Source: Carcharhinus amblyrhynchos
Taxonomy: Eukaryota
Direction of reading: 5' to 3'
Assembly: GCA_965287045.1 (NCBI GenBank)
Contig: OZ336890.1
Span: forward strand, 19,716,001-19,780,000
DNA: 64,000 nucleotides
The translations under genes and the position numbers were made by a program. The notes below the pieces were generated by a model that did not search any database, had not been told where the DNA came from, and saw only the letters and a list, made by a program, of their open reading frames with translations. How positions within the stretch are numbered: the first letter of the stretch is position 1; the number at the start of each line of letters is the position of its first letter. This document shows, piece after piece, positions 62,911 to 64,000 of the stretch.

Positions 62911-63448
62911 AACTATGTGTACAGTTTAAAGACTTCTAGTAGTATTGTTTAGAATAGAGTTAGCCAACAGGAAAAAGGCTCAGTGAAGCTTTAGTCATAA
63001 CTGTTTAACCTCCCAGATTAACCCTCAGAGAAATTGAGGATTTCTATTGCAAGAGTAATTTCTGATGTTAGATTTACAAATCGCATTGGAAGTGCATAAC
63101 TACCTTTTGATTGTGCCATTTCAAAGTGGTTTCCCACACCCTAGACATTGGAGCTAAGTTATTAACTAAGATGTTCAACAGTGTCACATGGAAGCCAAAA
63201 GAATATAATAAAGGGGAGAGTCCTACGGCATTGTGAAGCTTTTACATATGCCATATTGTCCATCATTATTAAAAAAAACTTAATGCTGAAGAAGTCAACA
63301 TTTTTAAAAACTATCTTTTTCTAAGGATGAGGAAAGTGTAGGTCCGATTTTTCAAGAGTTCCCTACTGCTGAAAGGAATTGCTTGGAAATTCCCGCACAT
63401 TGGGAAATTGCCCATGTTTGCCCAACCATTAAAATCATTGGATGGTAA

Positions 63449-63970
63449 ACATAAGAACATAAGAAATAGGAGCAGGAGTAGGCCATCTAGCCCCTCGAGC
63501 CTGCCCCGCCATTCAATAAGATCATGGCCAATCTGTCGTGGCTCAGTTCCACATTCCCGCCCTCTCCCCATAACCCTTAATCCCCTTGCCTATCAAAAAC
63601 CTATCAACCCGCGTCTTAAAAATATTGAGCGAGGCAGCCTCCACCACCTCATCGGGCAGAGAATTCCAGAGATTCACCACCCTTTGAGTGAAGAAGTTCC
63701 TCCTCAACTCCCTTCTAAACCACCCCCCTTTATCTTGAGGTTGTGCCCTCTAGTCCTACTGTCCTTTCTGAGCGGGAAGAGCCTCTCCACCTCTATCCTA
63801 TCCATCCCATTCATCATCTTATACGTCTCAATGAGATCTCCCCTCATTCTTCTGAACTCTAACGAGTACAAGCCTAGTTTATTCAGCCTCTCCTCATAGT
63901 TCAACCCCCTCAACTCCGGAATCAGCCTAGTAAACTTCCTCTGCACTCCCTCCAAGGCCAAAATAAACTT
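63449..63970 (-). mobile_element. Young 5'-truncated CR1 LINE
   Basis: LEGVQRKFTRLIPELRGLNYEERLNKLGLYSLEFRRMRGDLIETYK; cataagaa tail; candidate TSD tggtaa at 63443-63448 and 63971-63976. Confidence 0.95.
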
Positions 63971-64000
63971 TGGTAACACTCCAGTGATTTCTTTGATACG

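Noticed and set aside
55600-64000. CBX8 or another neighbouring gene
   Set aside because: No second chromodomain or other credible coding exon seen; the region is mostly repeats.

Overview
Vertebrate genomic DNA, almost certainly a cartilaginous fish (shark), judged from the SINE, CR1/L2/Rex1 LINE and Penelope-like repeat families. The only protein-coding gene I can support is a complete five-exon CBX4 (Polycomb 2, PRC1 chromobox) on the + strand: CDS 38063-38131, 38230-38273, 38644-38709, 41061-41127 and 42083-43486, all introns GT-AG, 549 aa. It sits inside a roughly 32 kb CpG-retaining domain (about 23.5-55.5 kb) flanked by CpG-depleted DNA. Bases 1-9.3 kb look like the long 3' UTR of an upstream gene (TBC1D16 by vertebrate synteny; inference only). 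The most notable non-genic signals are: (1) a dispersed family of short Penelope-like inserts carrying minimal hammerhead ribozyme motifs, including a copy with a compensatory U3-A8 core; (2) a 70-bp 18S rRNA fragment; (3) a ~1.1 kb inverted duplication inside a CpG-poor island upstream of CBX4; (4) a 36-bp minisatellite split by a CR1 insertion; (5) a hairpin, strong splice acceptor and small ORF suggesting an unannotated transcript downstream of CBX4. All comparisons were made by eye. Repeat boundaries are approximate and family names come from recalled consensus features, not a database search.
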